Source of the DNA: Cyclobacteriaceae bacterium | GTDB lineage: Bacteria > Bacteroidota > Bacteroidia > Cytophagales > Cyclobacteriaceae | Direction of reading: 5' to 3' | Length of the DNA stretch: 55,793 bases | NCBI GenBank assembly: GCA_018063305.1 | Contig: JAGPBO010000001.1 | Location: 1-55,793 of the forward strand | Shown: positions 27,406 to 37,851 of the stretch, one piece after another | Position numbering within the stretch: position 1 is the stretch's first letter | Layout of the letters: each line of letters begins with the position of its first letter | Program-made: the position numbers and the translations under genes | The notes under the pieces: model-generated | What the model was told of the DNA's origin: nothing | The model's database searches: none | Seen by the model: the letters and a program-made list of their open reading frames with translations, nothing else

Positions 27406-29097
27406 ATGAATACTGAAATTTTAGGTATCATAGCGATGTTCGGGATTACGCTCTTGTTGGCAATACCCTTTGGGAAATATATAGCAAAGGTATATGCAGG
27501 AGAGAAAACTTTGCTCGACCCAGTTTTTAATCCGTTAGAGCGTTTGTTCTATAAAGTTTCCGGCATAGACGTCCGAAAGGAAATGAACTGGAAGCAACAT
27601 CTGGTAGCCTTGCTAACCATCAATTTAATATGGTTCCTTATCAGTATGGGAGTTTTGATGAATATGGATATTCTTCCGCTAAACCCTGATAATAATCCCG
27701 GACAACCTGCAGACCTGGCATTTAACACATCTATTTCTTTTTTGGTAAACTGCAACCTACAGCATTATTCAGGTGAAACTGGGTTAAGCTATCTGGGTCA
27801 GATATGGCTCATGTTTCTTCAGTTTGTATCTGCAGCAACGGGTATGGCAGCGGCAGTTGTGGTCTTTAAAGCATTCAAAGAAAAGTCTACTAATCAATTG
27901 GGTAACTTCTATGATTTTTTCTTGAAATCATGCACCCGTATTCTTTTACCGATATCATTTGTAGTTGCACTTGTATTGGCTTTTGAAGGAAGCCCAATGA
28001 CATTTGAAGGTAAAGACACTATCGTCAACCTTCAAGGAGATACCGTGCAGGTAAGCCGTGGACCAGTTGCTGCTTTTGTAGCGATTAAACACGTAGGAAC
28101 AAATGGCGGTGGCTTTTTTGGTGCTAACAGTGCTCACCCGCTTGAAAACCCAACCTACCTGTCTAACATGACAGAAATGTTTGCTCAACTTATTATCCCA
28201 ATGGCCATGGTATTTGCTTTTGGTTTTTTTATCAGAAGGAAAAAGTTTGCCTGGATGGTGTTTGGTGTGATGACCATTGGTTTCCTCATGCTTGCTATTC
28301 CAAATATTATGATGGAGATGAAAGGCAATCCTACTATTACTGCTATGGGGATAGATAATTCACTCGGAGCAATGGAAGGGAAAGAAATAAGAATAGGCGC
28401 TGCAGCCTCTGGGTTTTGGAGCATTGTAACCACCGTTATTTCAACAGGCTCAGTCAATTCTATGCACGATAGCTCAATGCCACTATCAGGTATGAACGAA
28501 TTACTGGCCATGATGATCAACTCGTTTTATGGTGGTGTGGGTGTTGGTATTCTAAACTTCTTCATCTTCATCATTCTTGCTGTTTTTATTGCTGGATTGA
28601 TGGTGGGAAGAACTCCTGAATTTATGGGTAAAAAAATTGAGGCCCGGGAAATGAAAATCGCCATGATCATCGCCTTGCTACATCCGTTTTTAATTTTGGT
28701 TGGAACAGCTCTGGCAGCCGCATTACCTCACTATACAGCAGCAACATTAGCTAACCCTGGTTTTCACGGACTTAGCGAAATGCTATATGAATACACTTCA
28801 GCATCTGCCAATAATGGAAGTGGCTTTGAAGGACTTGGCGACAATACATTGTGGTGGAATATTTCAACTGGCATTGTGTTGATGTTAGCACGCTTTCTTC
28901 CGATTATAGGACCTGTTGCTATAGCGGGTTTGTTAGCAGAAAAGAAATTTATTCCTGAAAGCAACGGTACGCTAAAAACCGATACGGCAACCTTTGGTTT
29001 AATGGTATTTACCGTCATCGTCATCATTGCAGCATTGGCCTTTTTCCCTGCCTTGGTATTAGGTCCTATTGCAGAATATTTTTCAATGTTGAAATAA
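27406..29097 (+). CDS. kdpA: K+-transporting ATPase subunit A
   Basis: NCNLQHYSGE, GTNGGGFFGANSAHPLENP, GRTPEFMGKKI and SANNGSGF. Confidence 0.98.
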   Translation: MNTEILGIIAMFGITLLLAIPFGKYIAKVYAGEKTLLDPVFNPLERLFYKVSGIDVRKEMNWKQHLVALLTINLIWFLISMGVLMNMDILPLNPDNNPGQPADLAFNTSISFLVNCNLQHYSGETGLSYLGQIWLMFLQFVSAATGMAAAVVVFKAFKEKSTNQLGNFYDFFLKSCTRILLPISFVVALVLAFEGSPMTFEGKDTIVNLQGDTVQVSRGPVAAFVAIKHVGTNGGGFFGANSAHPLENPTYLSNMTEMFAQLIIPMAMVFAFGFFIRRKKFAWMVFGVMTIGFLMLAIPNIMMEMKGNPTITAMGIDNSLGAMEGKEIRIGAAASGFWSIVTTVISTGSVNSMHDSSMPLSGMNELLAMMINSFYGGVGVGILNFFIFIILAVFIAGLMVGRTPEFMGKKIEAREMKIAMIIALLHPFLILVGTALAAALPHYTAATLANPGFHGLSEMLYEYTSASANNGSGFEGLGDNTLWWNISTGIVLMLARFLPIIGPVAIAGLLAEKKFIPESNGTLKTDTATFGLMVFTVIVIIAALAFFPALVLGPIAEYFSMLK

Positions 29098-29114
29098 TCT
29101 AAAAAATAAAGAAA

Positions 29115-31130
29115 ATGAGTTCATCTAAAAATACATCGCTGTTTCAAAAGGATTTAATGCAAGAAGCATTCAAGCAATCTTTCGTGAAACTCAATCCTAA
29201 AATTATGTTCCGCAATCCCGTAATGTTTACAGTAGAAATAGGAACAGCTGTTATGTTTTTCGTTTGCCTTTGGATATTGACAGGTGAAGCATCACAAGGT
29301 AGTTTTATATATAATTTTATAGTCTTTCTTGTTTTATTTCTTACTTTATTGTTTGCCAATTTTGCCGAAGCTATTGCCGAGGCAAGAGGCAAAGCACAAG
29401 CTGATAGCTTACGTAAAACGAGAGAAGAAACACCAGCCAAATTAGAAAATGGTCAAACCATATCATCAGCACATCTAAAGAAAGGCGATGTGTTTATGTG
29501 CGAAGCAGGTGATATTATTGCTACCGATGGTGAAATTATAGAAGGCTTAGCAACTATTGACGAAAGTGCCATTACGGGCGAATCTGCACCGGTAATTAGA
29601 GAAGCTGGTGGTGACAAAAGCTCCGTTACAGGTGGCACAAAAGTACTGAGTGATAAAATAAAAGTACAAGTAACCACCGAGCCAGGAGAAAGCTTTTTAG
29701 ATAAAATGATTGCCTTGGTAGAAGGTGCAAGTCGTCAAAAAACGCCCAATGAAATTGCACTGACAATTCTATTAGCCGGCTTCACCTTGGTGTTCATCAT
29801 TGTTACAGTAACACTAAAGCCTTTTGCTGATTATGCCAATACACCCATTACCATTGCCGCTTTCATTTCATTGTTTGTTTGTTTAATTCCTACAACTATT
29901 GGCGGTTTACTTTCTGCTATTGGCATTGCTGGAATGGATAGAGCACTACGAGCCAATGTAATTACCAAAAGTGGTAAAGCCGTGGAAACAGCCGGTGATA
30001 TTGACGTGCTTTTATTGGACAAAACGGGAACCATTACCATCGGAAATAGAAAGGCAACCCACTTTTATCCTGCCAACGGAATTGATGAAAATCATTTTGT
30101 GAAATCGGTTGTACTAAGTTCTTTGGCTGATGAAACTCCCGAAGGAAAATCTATCATTGAATTGGCTGGTATCAACCCATTGAACTATCAAATGAAAGAA
30201 GCCCGTTTTATAAAGTTTACTGCTGAAACAAGAAGCTCTGGAATTGACTTTGAAAACACCCGTATTCGTAAAGGGGCATCCGATGCTATAAAATCGTTAT
30301 GCGAAAATGCAGGCAATTCATTTCCAATTGAAACAGCAGAAAAAGTAAAAGCAATTTCTTCTAATGGAGGAACACCTTTGGTGGTTTCAGAAAATGAAAA
30401 AGTGATTGGTGTTATTGAATTGCAAGACATCATCAAACCCGGTATTAGCGAACGGTTTGATCGCCTACGCAAAATGGGTATTAAAACGGTAATGGTTACA
30501 GGTGATAACCCACTCACCGCAAAATTTATTGCCGAAAAAGCAGGTGTTGACGACTTCATTGCCGAAGCCAAGCCTGAAGACAAAATGAACTACATTAAAA
30601 AAGAACAAGCAGAAGGTAGGCTTGTGGCCATGATGGGCGATGGAACAAACGATGCACCCGCCTTGGCTCAAGCTGATGTAGGCGTGGCGATGAATAGCGG
30701 AACACAAGCCGCCAAAGAGGCTGGCAACATGGTAGACTTAGATAACGACCCAACTAAACTGATTGAGATTGTTGAAATAGGGAAGCAATTGTTGATGACC
30801 AGAGGAACGCTAACAACATTTAGTATCGCCAATGACGTTGCCAAATATTTTGCCATTATTCCAGCATTATTCATTGTGGCTATTCCTGCTTTAAAGAGTT
30901 TGAATATTATGGATTTACATTCACCTGAAAGCGCCATACTTTCTGCAGTAATTTTCAACGCCATTATCATTCCGTTTTTAATTCCTCTTGCATTAAAAGG
31001 TGTGGCTTACAAGCCTATTGGAGCAAGCGCGTTGCTTAGAAGAAACCTGTTTATTTATGGTTTGGGTGGTGTAGTAGTACCCTTCATCGGCATAAAACTA
31101 ATTGATGTTTTAGTATCCGTATTCATTTAA
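29115..31130 (+). CDS. kdpB: K+-transporting ATPase subunit B (P-type)
   Basis: [24 protein letters not shown] and IANDVAKYF. Confidence 0.98.
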   Translation: MSSSKNTSLFQKDLMQEAFKQSFVKLNPKIMFRNPVMFTVEIGTAVMFFVCLWILTGEASQGSFIYNFIVFLVLFLTLLFANFAEAIAEARGKAQADSLRKTREETPAKLENGQTISSAHLKKGDVFMCEAGDIIATDGEIIEGLATIDESAITGESAPVIREAGGDKSSVTGGTKVLSDKIKVQVTTEPGESFLDKMIALVEGASRQKTPNEIALTILLAGFTLVFIIVTVTLKPFADYANTPITIAAFISLFVCLIPTTIGGLLSAIGIAGMDRALRANVITKSGKAVETAGDIDVLLLDKTGTITIGNRKATHFYPANGIDENHFVKSVVLSSLADETPEGKSIIELAGINPLNYQMKEARFIKFTAETRSSGIDFENTRIRKGASDAIKSLCENAGNSFPIETAEKVKAISSNGGTPLVVSENEKVIGVIELQDIIKPGISERFDRLRKMGIKTVMVTGDNPLTAKFIAEKAGVDDFIAEAKPEDKMNYIKKEQAEGRLVAMMGDGTNDAPALAQADVGVAMNSGTQAAKEAGNMVDLDNDPTKLIEIVEIGKQLLMTRGTLTTFSIANDVAKYFAIIPALFIVAIPALKSLNIMDLHSPESAILSAVIFNAIIIPFLIPLALKGVAYKPIGASALLRRNLFIYGLGGVVVPFIGIKLIDVLVSVFI

Positions 31131-31143
31131 AAAAATAACAAAA

Positions 31144-31704
31144 ATGAAATCAAATATATTACCAGCTATAAAGCTAACCATGCTAAGTATCCTATTGCTT
31201 ACAGTGATTTATCCGTTGGCCGTTTGGGGTATTGCACAATTTTCGCCAAACCATGGCAAAGGAGAAATCATCATCCAAAATGATAAAACGTATTATGCCA
31301 ACATCGGACAATCGTTTACCGAAGACAAATATTTCAACTCACGTCCATCTGCCGTGGGCTACAATGCCGCAGGCTCAGGAGGTAGTAATAAAGGAGCATC
31401 CAACCCCGACTATTTAGCAGAAGTACAAACACGAATTGATACTTTTTCAGTACACAACCCAGGCGTAAATAAATCTGAAATACCTGTTGACTTGGTTACC
31501 GCTAGTGGCAGCGGTTTAGACCCAAACATCTCCGTGCAAGCCGTCAAAGTACAGGTAAAACGTATTGCAAAAGTTCGCAACATAAGCGAAACCACTTTAC
31601 AAGAACTTATCAATCAACAAACAGAAAAACCATTGCTTGGACTATTTGGCACAGAAAAAATAAATGTACTGAAACTGAATCTTGCTTTGGACAATTTAAA
31701 ATAG
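31144..31704 (+). CDS. kdpC: K+-transporting ATPase subunit C
   Basis: IGQSF..KYF.SRPSA, DLVTASGSGLDP and NVLKLNLALD. Confidence 0.97.
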   Translation: MKSNILPAIKLTMLSILLLTVIYPLAVWGIAQFSPNHGKGEIIIQNDKTYYANIGQSFTEDKYFNSRPSAVGYNAAGSGGSNKGASNPDYLAEVQTRIDTFSVHNPGVNKSEIPVDLVTASGSGLDPNISVQAVKVQVKRIAKVRNISETTLQELINQQTEKPLLGLFGTEKINVLKLNLALDNLK

Positions 31705-31712
31705 AAGAAGGA

Positions 31713-32789
31713 ATGAAAAAAACATTACTTGCCATGCTGTCTTTGGTTTCTGGAGGCAGCTTTGCGCAATCAGACAGTACAAAAAACTCGTTAAAAATTA
31801 GTGGATACATCGAAATCTATTACGCATACGATTTTAGTAATCCATCCGACCATAACCGGCCGGGCTTTGTTTATTCACACAATCGACATAATGAAGTTAA
31901 TTTAAACTTAGGCTTTGTAAAATTAGCGTACAACACCGATAAGGTAAGAGCCAACATTGCTTTAATGACAGGTACTTATACCAACGCCAATTTAGCAGCC
32001 GAGCCAGGAGTTCTAAAAAATATTTTTGAAGCCAATGCTGGGGTCAAAATTTCAAAAATGAAAAACTTATGGATTGATGCAGGGATTTTTGCTTCGCATA
32101 TTGGTTTTGAAAGTGCTGTTGGCAAAGATTGTTGGAACTTAACGAGAAGTATTTTGGCGGATAATTCACCTTACTTTGAAAGCGGTGCAAAAATCTCCTA
32201 CACCAGTGATAATCAAAAATGGTTTATCAGTGGCTTGCTGCTAAATGGTTGGCAACGGATACAACGTGCGGATGGCAATAATACGCCCGCCTTTGGTCAT
32301 CAATTAACTTTTAAACCCAATTCAAAAACAACCTTGAACAGTAGTACATTCGTAGGTAACGATAAACCTGACAGCGCAAGGCAAATGCGGTATTTTCATA
32401 ATTTTTACGGACAGTTTCAATTGCACCAAAAATTCGGATTAATTGTCGGTTTTGATATTGGTACTCAACAAAAAAATAAAGAAAGTACGGGCTACAACAC
32501 TTGGTACTCAATGGCTTTGATTGCCCGATACTCGCTAACAAATAACTTAAACATGGCTATACGAGGCGAATATTACAGTGATTCAAATGGAGTAATCATT
32601 GGTACAGAAACTACAAATGGATTTCAAACGTATGGCTATTCCTTAAATCTTGATTACCGAATACGAGAAAATGTAATGTGGAGAATTGAAGGCAGGGCTT
32701 TTAGCAGTAAGGATGAAATATTTACTTTGGATAATCAACCTAGTACGCAAAACTATATTGTAGCCACAGTGTTAGCTATTTCATTTTAA
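31713..32789 (+). CDS. Outer-membrane beta-barrel porin (BBP2-like)
   Basis: Signal peptide, GIFASHIGFES, alternating beta-strand pattern and C-terminal Phe. Confidence 0.85.
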   Translation: MKKTLLAMLSLVSGGSFAQSDSTKNSLKISGYIEIYYAYDFSNPSDHNRPGFVYSHNRHNEVNLNLGFVKLAYNTDKVRANIALMTGTYTNANLAAEPGVLKNIFEANAGVKISKMKNLWIDAGIFASHIGFESAVGKDCWNLTRSILADNSPYFESGAKISYTSDNQKWFISGLLLNGWQRIQRADGNNTPAFGHQLTFKPNSKTTLNSSTFVGNDKPDSARQMRYFHNFYGQFQLHQKFGLIVGFDIGTQQKNKESTGYNTWYSMALIARYSLTNNLNMAIRGEYYSDSNGVIIGTETTNGFQTYGYSLNLDYRIRENVMWRIEGRAFSSKDEIFTLDNQPSTQNYIVATVLAISF

Positions 32790-32790
32790 A

Positions 32791-33915
32791 ATGACAGAAA
32801 AAGATAAAACCGTCCAACATTTTCTCGACTTGATAAAAAAATCAAGGCGAGGAAAGTTTAAAATTTACATTGGCATGAGTGCTGGTGTTGGCAAGTCTTA
32901 CCGGATGCTGCAAGAAGCACGCACCTTGCTTAAAAACGGAATTGATGTAAAAATTGGTTTTATCGAAACACACAATAGAAAAGAAACACACGAACTGCTG
33001 GATGGTTTACCCATAATACCAAGAAGGAAATTATTTTATAAAGGGAAAGAGCTAGAAGAAATGGATGTTCAGGCAGTTATCAATCTTCGTCCTGAAGTGG
33101 TGATTGTTGATGAATTGGCCCATACGAATATCGAGGGAAGTAAAAACGAAAAGCGTTGGCAGGATGTCATGGATATTCTTTCGGCAGGGATTAATGTGAT
33201 TTCTGCTGTTAATATTCAACATATTGAAAGCCTGAACGAAGAAATTAAAAACATAACAGGAATTGAAGTAACAGAACGAATACCGGATAGCGTATTAGCC
33301 CAAGCCGATGAAGTTGTAAATATTGATTTAACAGCCGATGAATTGATTTCTCGATTGAAAGAAGGGAAAATATATCAGGCTGAAAAAATTGAGACGGCTT
33401 TAAAGAATTTTTTTCAAAGCGACCATATTTTACAACTTCGTGAACTAGCATTAAAAGAAGTAGCATCGCAGGTTGAACGGAAAGTGGAAACGGAAGTGAG
33501 TAAGCCTAATACCTTAAAACACGAACGTTTTTTGGCCTGTATCAGTAGTAATGAAAAAGTTGCAAAAACAGTGATTAGAAAAACGGCCCGTTTAGCCAAT
33601 TATTACCATAGCAAATGGTATGTATTGTATGTGCAAACACCAAAGGAAAGTGCGGACAAAATTGCATTAGACAAACAGCGCTATTTGATAAACAATTTCA
33701 AATTAGCGACAGAATTGGGTGGCGAAATTATTAAAGTGAAAGGAGAATCCGTATCAAAAGCAATTATTGAACAGGCCAGCGAACGGAAAATCACGACTAT
33801 CTGCATAGGAAAACCACATTTGAGTTTATTCCGCGTAATTTTGTCAACCAATATCTTCAATCAGTTATTAAAAAAATTATCATCAAACGACATTGACCTT
33901 ATCATTCTATCATAA
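32791..33915 (+). CDS. kdpD: Stand-alone KdpD sensor (KdpD N-domain + USP), no TM or kinase domain
   Basis: GKFKIYIGMSAGVGKS, VDELAHTN, KRWQDV and LRELAL, followed by a USP-like domain. Confidence 0.92.
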   Translation: MTEKDKTVQHFLDLIKKSRRGKFKIYIGMSAGVGKSYRMLQEARTLLKNGIDVKIGFIETHNRKETHELLDGLPIIPRRKLFYKGKELEEMDVQAVINLRPEVVIVDELAHTNIEGSKNEKRWQDVMDILSAGINVISAVNIQHIESLNEEIKNITGIEVTERIPDSVLAQADEVVNIDLTADELISRLKEGKIYQAEKIETALKNFFQSDHILQLRELALKEVASQVERKVETEVSKPNTLKHERFLACISSNEKVAKTVIRKTARLANYYHSKWYVLYVQTPKESADKIALDKQRYLINNFKLATELGGEIIKVKGESVSKAIIEQASERKITTICIGKPHLSLFRVILSTNIFNQLLKKLSSNDIDLIILS

Positions 33916-35636
33916 TGAAAATAAAAACAAAATTAACGCTAGGCGTTGGCCTTCTATTTATTCTGATCATACTATTAAGTTTGGTTGGAGCATTTAATAT
34001 TAATGCCCTAAAATCTGACACGGAAAATATCCTGCGAGCCAATTACAATTCGCTCCTTTATTCAAGGAACATACTTGCGGTCTTAAATAATCCTTCTGAT
34101 AAATCATTTGAACAAATTGAACTCAATCTTAGACAGCAAGAAAAAAACGCGACCGAAATAGGTGAAAATGAAGCTAACCTGGAGCTAAGGAAAAATATCG
34201 AAGCCTATCAAAACAAAACTTCGGATAGCCACGCACAACTTGCTATTCAACAAAGCTTATATCAAATAATGAATTTGAATATGCAAGCTATTCAACGAAA
34301 AAGTGAAATCGCAAACGCCACTGCCGACAAAGCTGTTTTGTGGATTGCTATTACTGGAAGCCTATGTTTTATAATCGCCTTTACGCTGTTAATTAATTTG
34401 CCTGCCAACATCGCTAACCCAATTAAAGAATTAACAGAAAGCATCAAACAAATAGCGACTGGAAACTATGCCGAAAGAGTGCATTTTGAAAGTCATGGCG
34501 AGTTTGGCCAGTTGGCTCAATCCTTTAATACCATGGCTGAGAAATTGGAAGAATACAATAGCAGTAATCTCGCTAAATTAATGATGGAGAAAAAAAGAAT
34601 CGAAACACTCATCAACAATATGCACGACCCTGTAATTGGTTTGGATGAAAATTTGAAAATAATTTTTGCTAATGAAGAGGCCATAAAGATAACAGGCATG
34701 AATAAAGAAAGCCTACTTGGCCATTACACAAAAGACTTGGCTATTAAAAATGATTTAATCCGAACACTCATACAAGATTTGATGTTTGCACCCAGCGAAG
34801 AAAAAGCTAAACCTATCAAAATATTTTCTGATAATAAGGAAGGCTATTTTGAAAAGGAAACCCTTCATATTTCTGTTACGCCTACAGGAGAACAGAAACA
34901 AAAATTGATTGGACATGTTCTTATATTAAGAAACATAACGGAGTATAAGGAATTAGATTTTGCTAAAACCAATTTCATTGCTACCGTTTCACATGAGTTT
35001 AAAACTCCAATCTCATCTATAAAAATGAGTTTACAACTATTGGAAAATGAACAAATAGGAAAATTGAATATTGAACAGAAAAATCTGGTTGATAGCATTA
35101 AGGACGATGCATCCCGACTTTTAAATATTACCAGTGAATTATTGAATATGACACAAGTCGAAAGTGGTAACATTCAACTCTCTATACTACCTGCTGACAG
35201 CAAAGAAATTTTGTTGTGTGCCATACATGCGACTCAAACGCAAGCAGATCAAAGACAAATTACGTTTGATATTGATTGTCCTGAGCATATTTCCAAAGTT
35301 CAGGCTGATAATGAGAAAACAGCTTGGGTATTGACAAATCTAATTTCTAATGCAATACGCTATTCTTACGAAAACTCTACCATCTACCTTACCATAAAAG
35401 AGCTAAATAATAAAATTCAAATTTCTGTTCGTGATACCGGACAAGGCATTGCACCACAATACAAAGATAAAATCTTCGATAGATACTTTCGTGTTCCCGG
35501 AACAAAAAAAGAAGGTACTGGGCTCGGACTTGCCATCAGCAAAGAGTTTATTGAAGCACAAGGCGGACACATTTCAGTTGAAAGTGAATTTGGATCTGGA
35601 AGTACCTTCTCGGTTACCTTAAACAAACTGACTTAA
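33915..35636 (+). CDS. Membrane histidine kinase (periplasmic helical domain-HAMP-PAS-HisKA-HATPase)
   Basis: Two TMs, EFGQLAQSFNTMA HAMP, SHEFKTP H-box, NLISNA, DTGQG and GTGLGL; coupled to kdpD by TAATG. Confidence 0.93.
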   Translation: MKIKTKLTLGVGLLFILIILLSLVGAFNINALKSDTENILRANYNSLLYSRNILAVLNNPSDKSFEQIELNLRQQEKNATEIGENEANLELRKNIEAYQNKTSDSHAQLAIQQSLYQIMNLNMQAIQRKSEIANATADKAVLWIAITGSLCFIIAFTLLINLPANIANPIKELTESIKQIATGNYAERVHFESHGEFGQLAQSFNTMAEKLEEYNSSNLAKLMMEKKRIETLINNMHDPVIGLDENLKIIFANEEAIKITGMNKESLLGHYTKDLAIKNDLIRTLIQDLMFAPSEEKAKPIKIFSDNKEGYFEKETLHISVTPTGEQKQKLIGHVLILRNITEYKELDFAKTNFIATVSHEFKTPISSIKMSLQLLENEQIGKLNIEQKNLVDSIKDDASRLLNITSELLNMTQVESGNIQLSILPADSKEILLCAIHATQTQADQRQITFDIDCPEHISKVQADNEKTAWVLTNLISNAIRYSYENSTIYLTIKELNNKIQISVRDTGQGIAPQYKDKIFDRYFRVPGTKKEGTGLGLAISKEFIEAQGGHISVESEFGSGSTFSVTLNKLT

Positions 35637-35642
35637 CCAACA

Positions 35643-35824
35643 CATTCCCTCACCCTTGTTGGTGTTGCGAGGTGGCCTGGCGAAGAGGTTCACCAACAAG
35701 CGAGATGGATTAAGTTAATAATCATAGTTTGCCGGTGAAGAACACCCGCCAAGGCGAGAGTGAATAAATACCCTTAGTTAGTGTTGGTCAAAAAACGAGT
35801 TGTGGCAGTCGCCTGACCCACAAC
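35643..35824. repeat. Cluster of REP-like palindromes
   Basis: Perfect IR CTTGTTGGTG (35655-64) / CACCAACAAG (35691-700); degenerate inverted partner at 35729-35765; GTTGTGG...CCACAAC at 35799-35824. Confidence 0.7.
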
Positions 35825-35877
35825 CTTAATAGCTAAAATATTTTTAAAGCCTGAGTTTAATAAAATGAACCCTACAC

Positions 35878-35995
35878 TTGCGGCAGGGATGGCAGCATTG
35901 TTTGAGCCCGAAAGGGAAGGTGCGTGAGATGGCGAGTGCGGACAGCCCGGCCTGCGTGAGTTGACTTTGAGCAAGGGAAGCAGGGCCGCCCTAAG
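35878..35995 (+). ncRNA. Candidate structured RNA / Bacteroidota repeat (possibly Flavo-1-like)
   Basis: GC-rich island with GGGATGGCAGC...GCGGACAGCCCG frame, CCC-GAAA-GGG GNRA hairpin, G-U-containing stem and a 3' GGCCTGC/GCAGGGCC stem. Confidence 0.4.
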
Positions 35996-36153
35996 ATTGA
36001 TGTTGGTTAAATTATTTGTTTTTGCGGGTCGCCTGGATGGCTGTTACAACAAGAGTATCTTTGGATTAACGGAAACTAATAGCAATAGCTTTTTGGTGAA
36101 CTTAGAATTAAATTTAACTCCATTTTACACCTTAGCTGTAAAAAAGTAGTGTT

Positions 36154-37617
36154 ATGAAGACAGAAGATATAATCATTAAACTAAATGAGTTAAACAAGTC
36201 TAGTCGGGAACTTGACATGCAGGAGCCTGAGCGGTTAGGAATGATTAAAAGCGTAACGGACTATGCGAATCAATTTATCGCTGGGCTTAATACGGTTAAA
36301 GCGTTTAAAGAGAAAGAGGCTGCTTCATTAGAAATTACTAATCAGAGAAGATCGCTACCCGATCTTCTAGATTTATACCAAAAAGAAGTAGCTGAAAACG
36401 GAATTAATGCCGCTTCGGGAAAGCACTTGGGTTATATTCCTGGAGGTGGTGTTTTTACTGCTGCGCTTGCAGATTTTATTGCAGCCGTTACCAATCCGTA
36501 TGCCGGTGTGCACTATGCATCACCGGGGGCAGCAACTATTGAAAACGAAGTGGTTAATTGGCTTAAATCAATATTTTCATTTCCGGCCAATTCGGTTGGC
36601 TGTTTGTCTTCTGGTGGTTCCATATCTACCCTTATTGCATTTACGGCTGCAAGAGATAAGCATCAGGTGAAGAATGAATTCATTCGTAAAAATGTAGTTT
36701 ATTTAAGTGAACAGGTACATCACTCAACCCAAAAAGCATTGCGGATTATTGGTTTGGAAGATGTCATCATTCGATATATTTCGTTAGATACAAATCATAG
36801 AATTAAAACAGATTCTTTAGAAGAACTTATAGAAAGGGATATTGCCGCAGGTCTTCAGCCTTTTTTAGTAGTGGCCACAGCAGGAACAACGGATACAGGA
36901 GCTGTAGATCCTTTAAATGAAATTGCAGCAATAGCCAAAAAATATAAAACGTGGTTTCATATAGACGCTGCCTACGGTGGCTTTTTTATTATGACATCAA
37001 AAAAAGAATTATTTAATGGAATAGAAAAAGCAGATTCTATTATTGTTGATCCTCATAAAGGGCTGTTTCTTCCCTATGGGGTTGGGGCTGTACTAATAAA
37101 AGATAGTGCCGCTGTTTTACATTCGAACTATTACACAGCTAATTATATGCAAGATGGGGCAAATGAAGAAATGGTGAAAAGCCCTGCCAATATTTCGCCA
37201 GAGCTAACCAAACATTTCAGAGGACTTCGGGTATGGCTGCCCTTGCAACTACATGGAATAGAACCGTTCGTGGCTTGTCTCGAGGAGAAACTATTACTTG
37301 TAAATTACTTTAGAAACAAACTCGCTGAATTAGGTTTTTGTCTGGGACCAGAGCCCGACTTGTCCGTCAGTTATTTTTGGTATCCTTTCGGAGTTGATTC
37401 GGATAAAAAAAACAGGCAGCTTATGGATGAGATCCACGCGGACGGATCCGTATTTTTAAGTTCTTCCATTGTTAATAAACGTTTCGTAATCCGGATTGCT
37501 ATTTTAGCTTTCAGAACAAAAAAAGAAATCGTTGATGAAGCCATTGAAATGATTAAGTCCTGTTTGAAAAAAGTGAACCAGACAGATCTGGCAAAAAATA
37601 AATTAATTGGGCACTGA
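36154..37617 (+). CDS. Group II PLP-dependent amino-acid decarboxylase
   Basis: SGGS, HHS, TAGTTDTGAVD, HIDAAYGG and DPHK (PLP lysine). Confidence 0.9.
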   Translation: MKTEDIIIKLNELNKSSRELDMQEPERLGMIKSVTDYANQFIAGLNTVKAFKEKEAASLEITNQRRSLPDLLDLYQKEVAENGINAASGKHLGYIPGGGVFTAALADFIAAVTNPYAGVHYASPGAATIENEVVNWLKSIFSFPANSVGCLSSGGSISTLIAFTAARDKHQVKNEFIRKNVVYLSEQVHHSTQKALRIIGLEDVIIRYISLDTNHRIKTDSLEELIERDIAAGLQPFLVVATAGTTDTGAVDPLNEIAAIAKKYKTWFHIDAAYGGFFIMTSKKELFNGIEKADSIIVDPHKGLFLPYGVGAVLIKDSAAVLHSNYYTANYMQDGANEEMVKSPANISPELTKHFRGLRVWLPLQLHGIEPFVACLEEKLLLVNYFRNKLAELGFCLGPEPDLSVSYFWYPFGVDSDKKNRQLMDEIHADGSVFLSSSIVNKRFVIRIAILAFRTKKEIVDEAIEMIKSCLKKVNQTDLAKNKLIGH

Positions 37618-37851
37618 ATCAGCACGAACCACTATGGGTTACGACAATGCGAGGTATTCATGAAAAAAAGGATTCATGCCCGTGATTCAACTAAACAGAA
37701 AAATGACATGAATGATGATGAGACAAGTTTTAGAATACAGCTAGCAAATTAATCCAGCGCCTCCCAATCCAACGAAATTGTTACCATCACTATTTCGGCC
37801 ACGTTGATCATTTATGTTCGTGCATTTTCTGAGGCATATCCAGCACTTAAA

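Noticed and set aside
35774-36149. ORFs 35774-35974 (-) and 35961-36149 (+)
   Set aside because: They run through palindromic, GC-rich repeat DNA and have no protein-like features.
37660-37752. 30-codon ORF MKKRIHARDSTKQKNDMNDDETSFRIQLAN
   Set aside because: No motif or context support; it lies in a convergent spacer.
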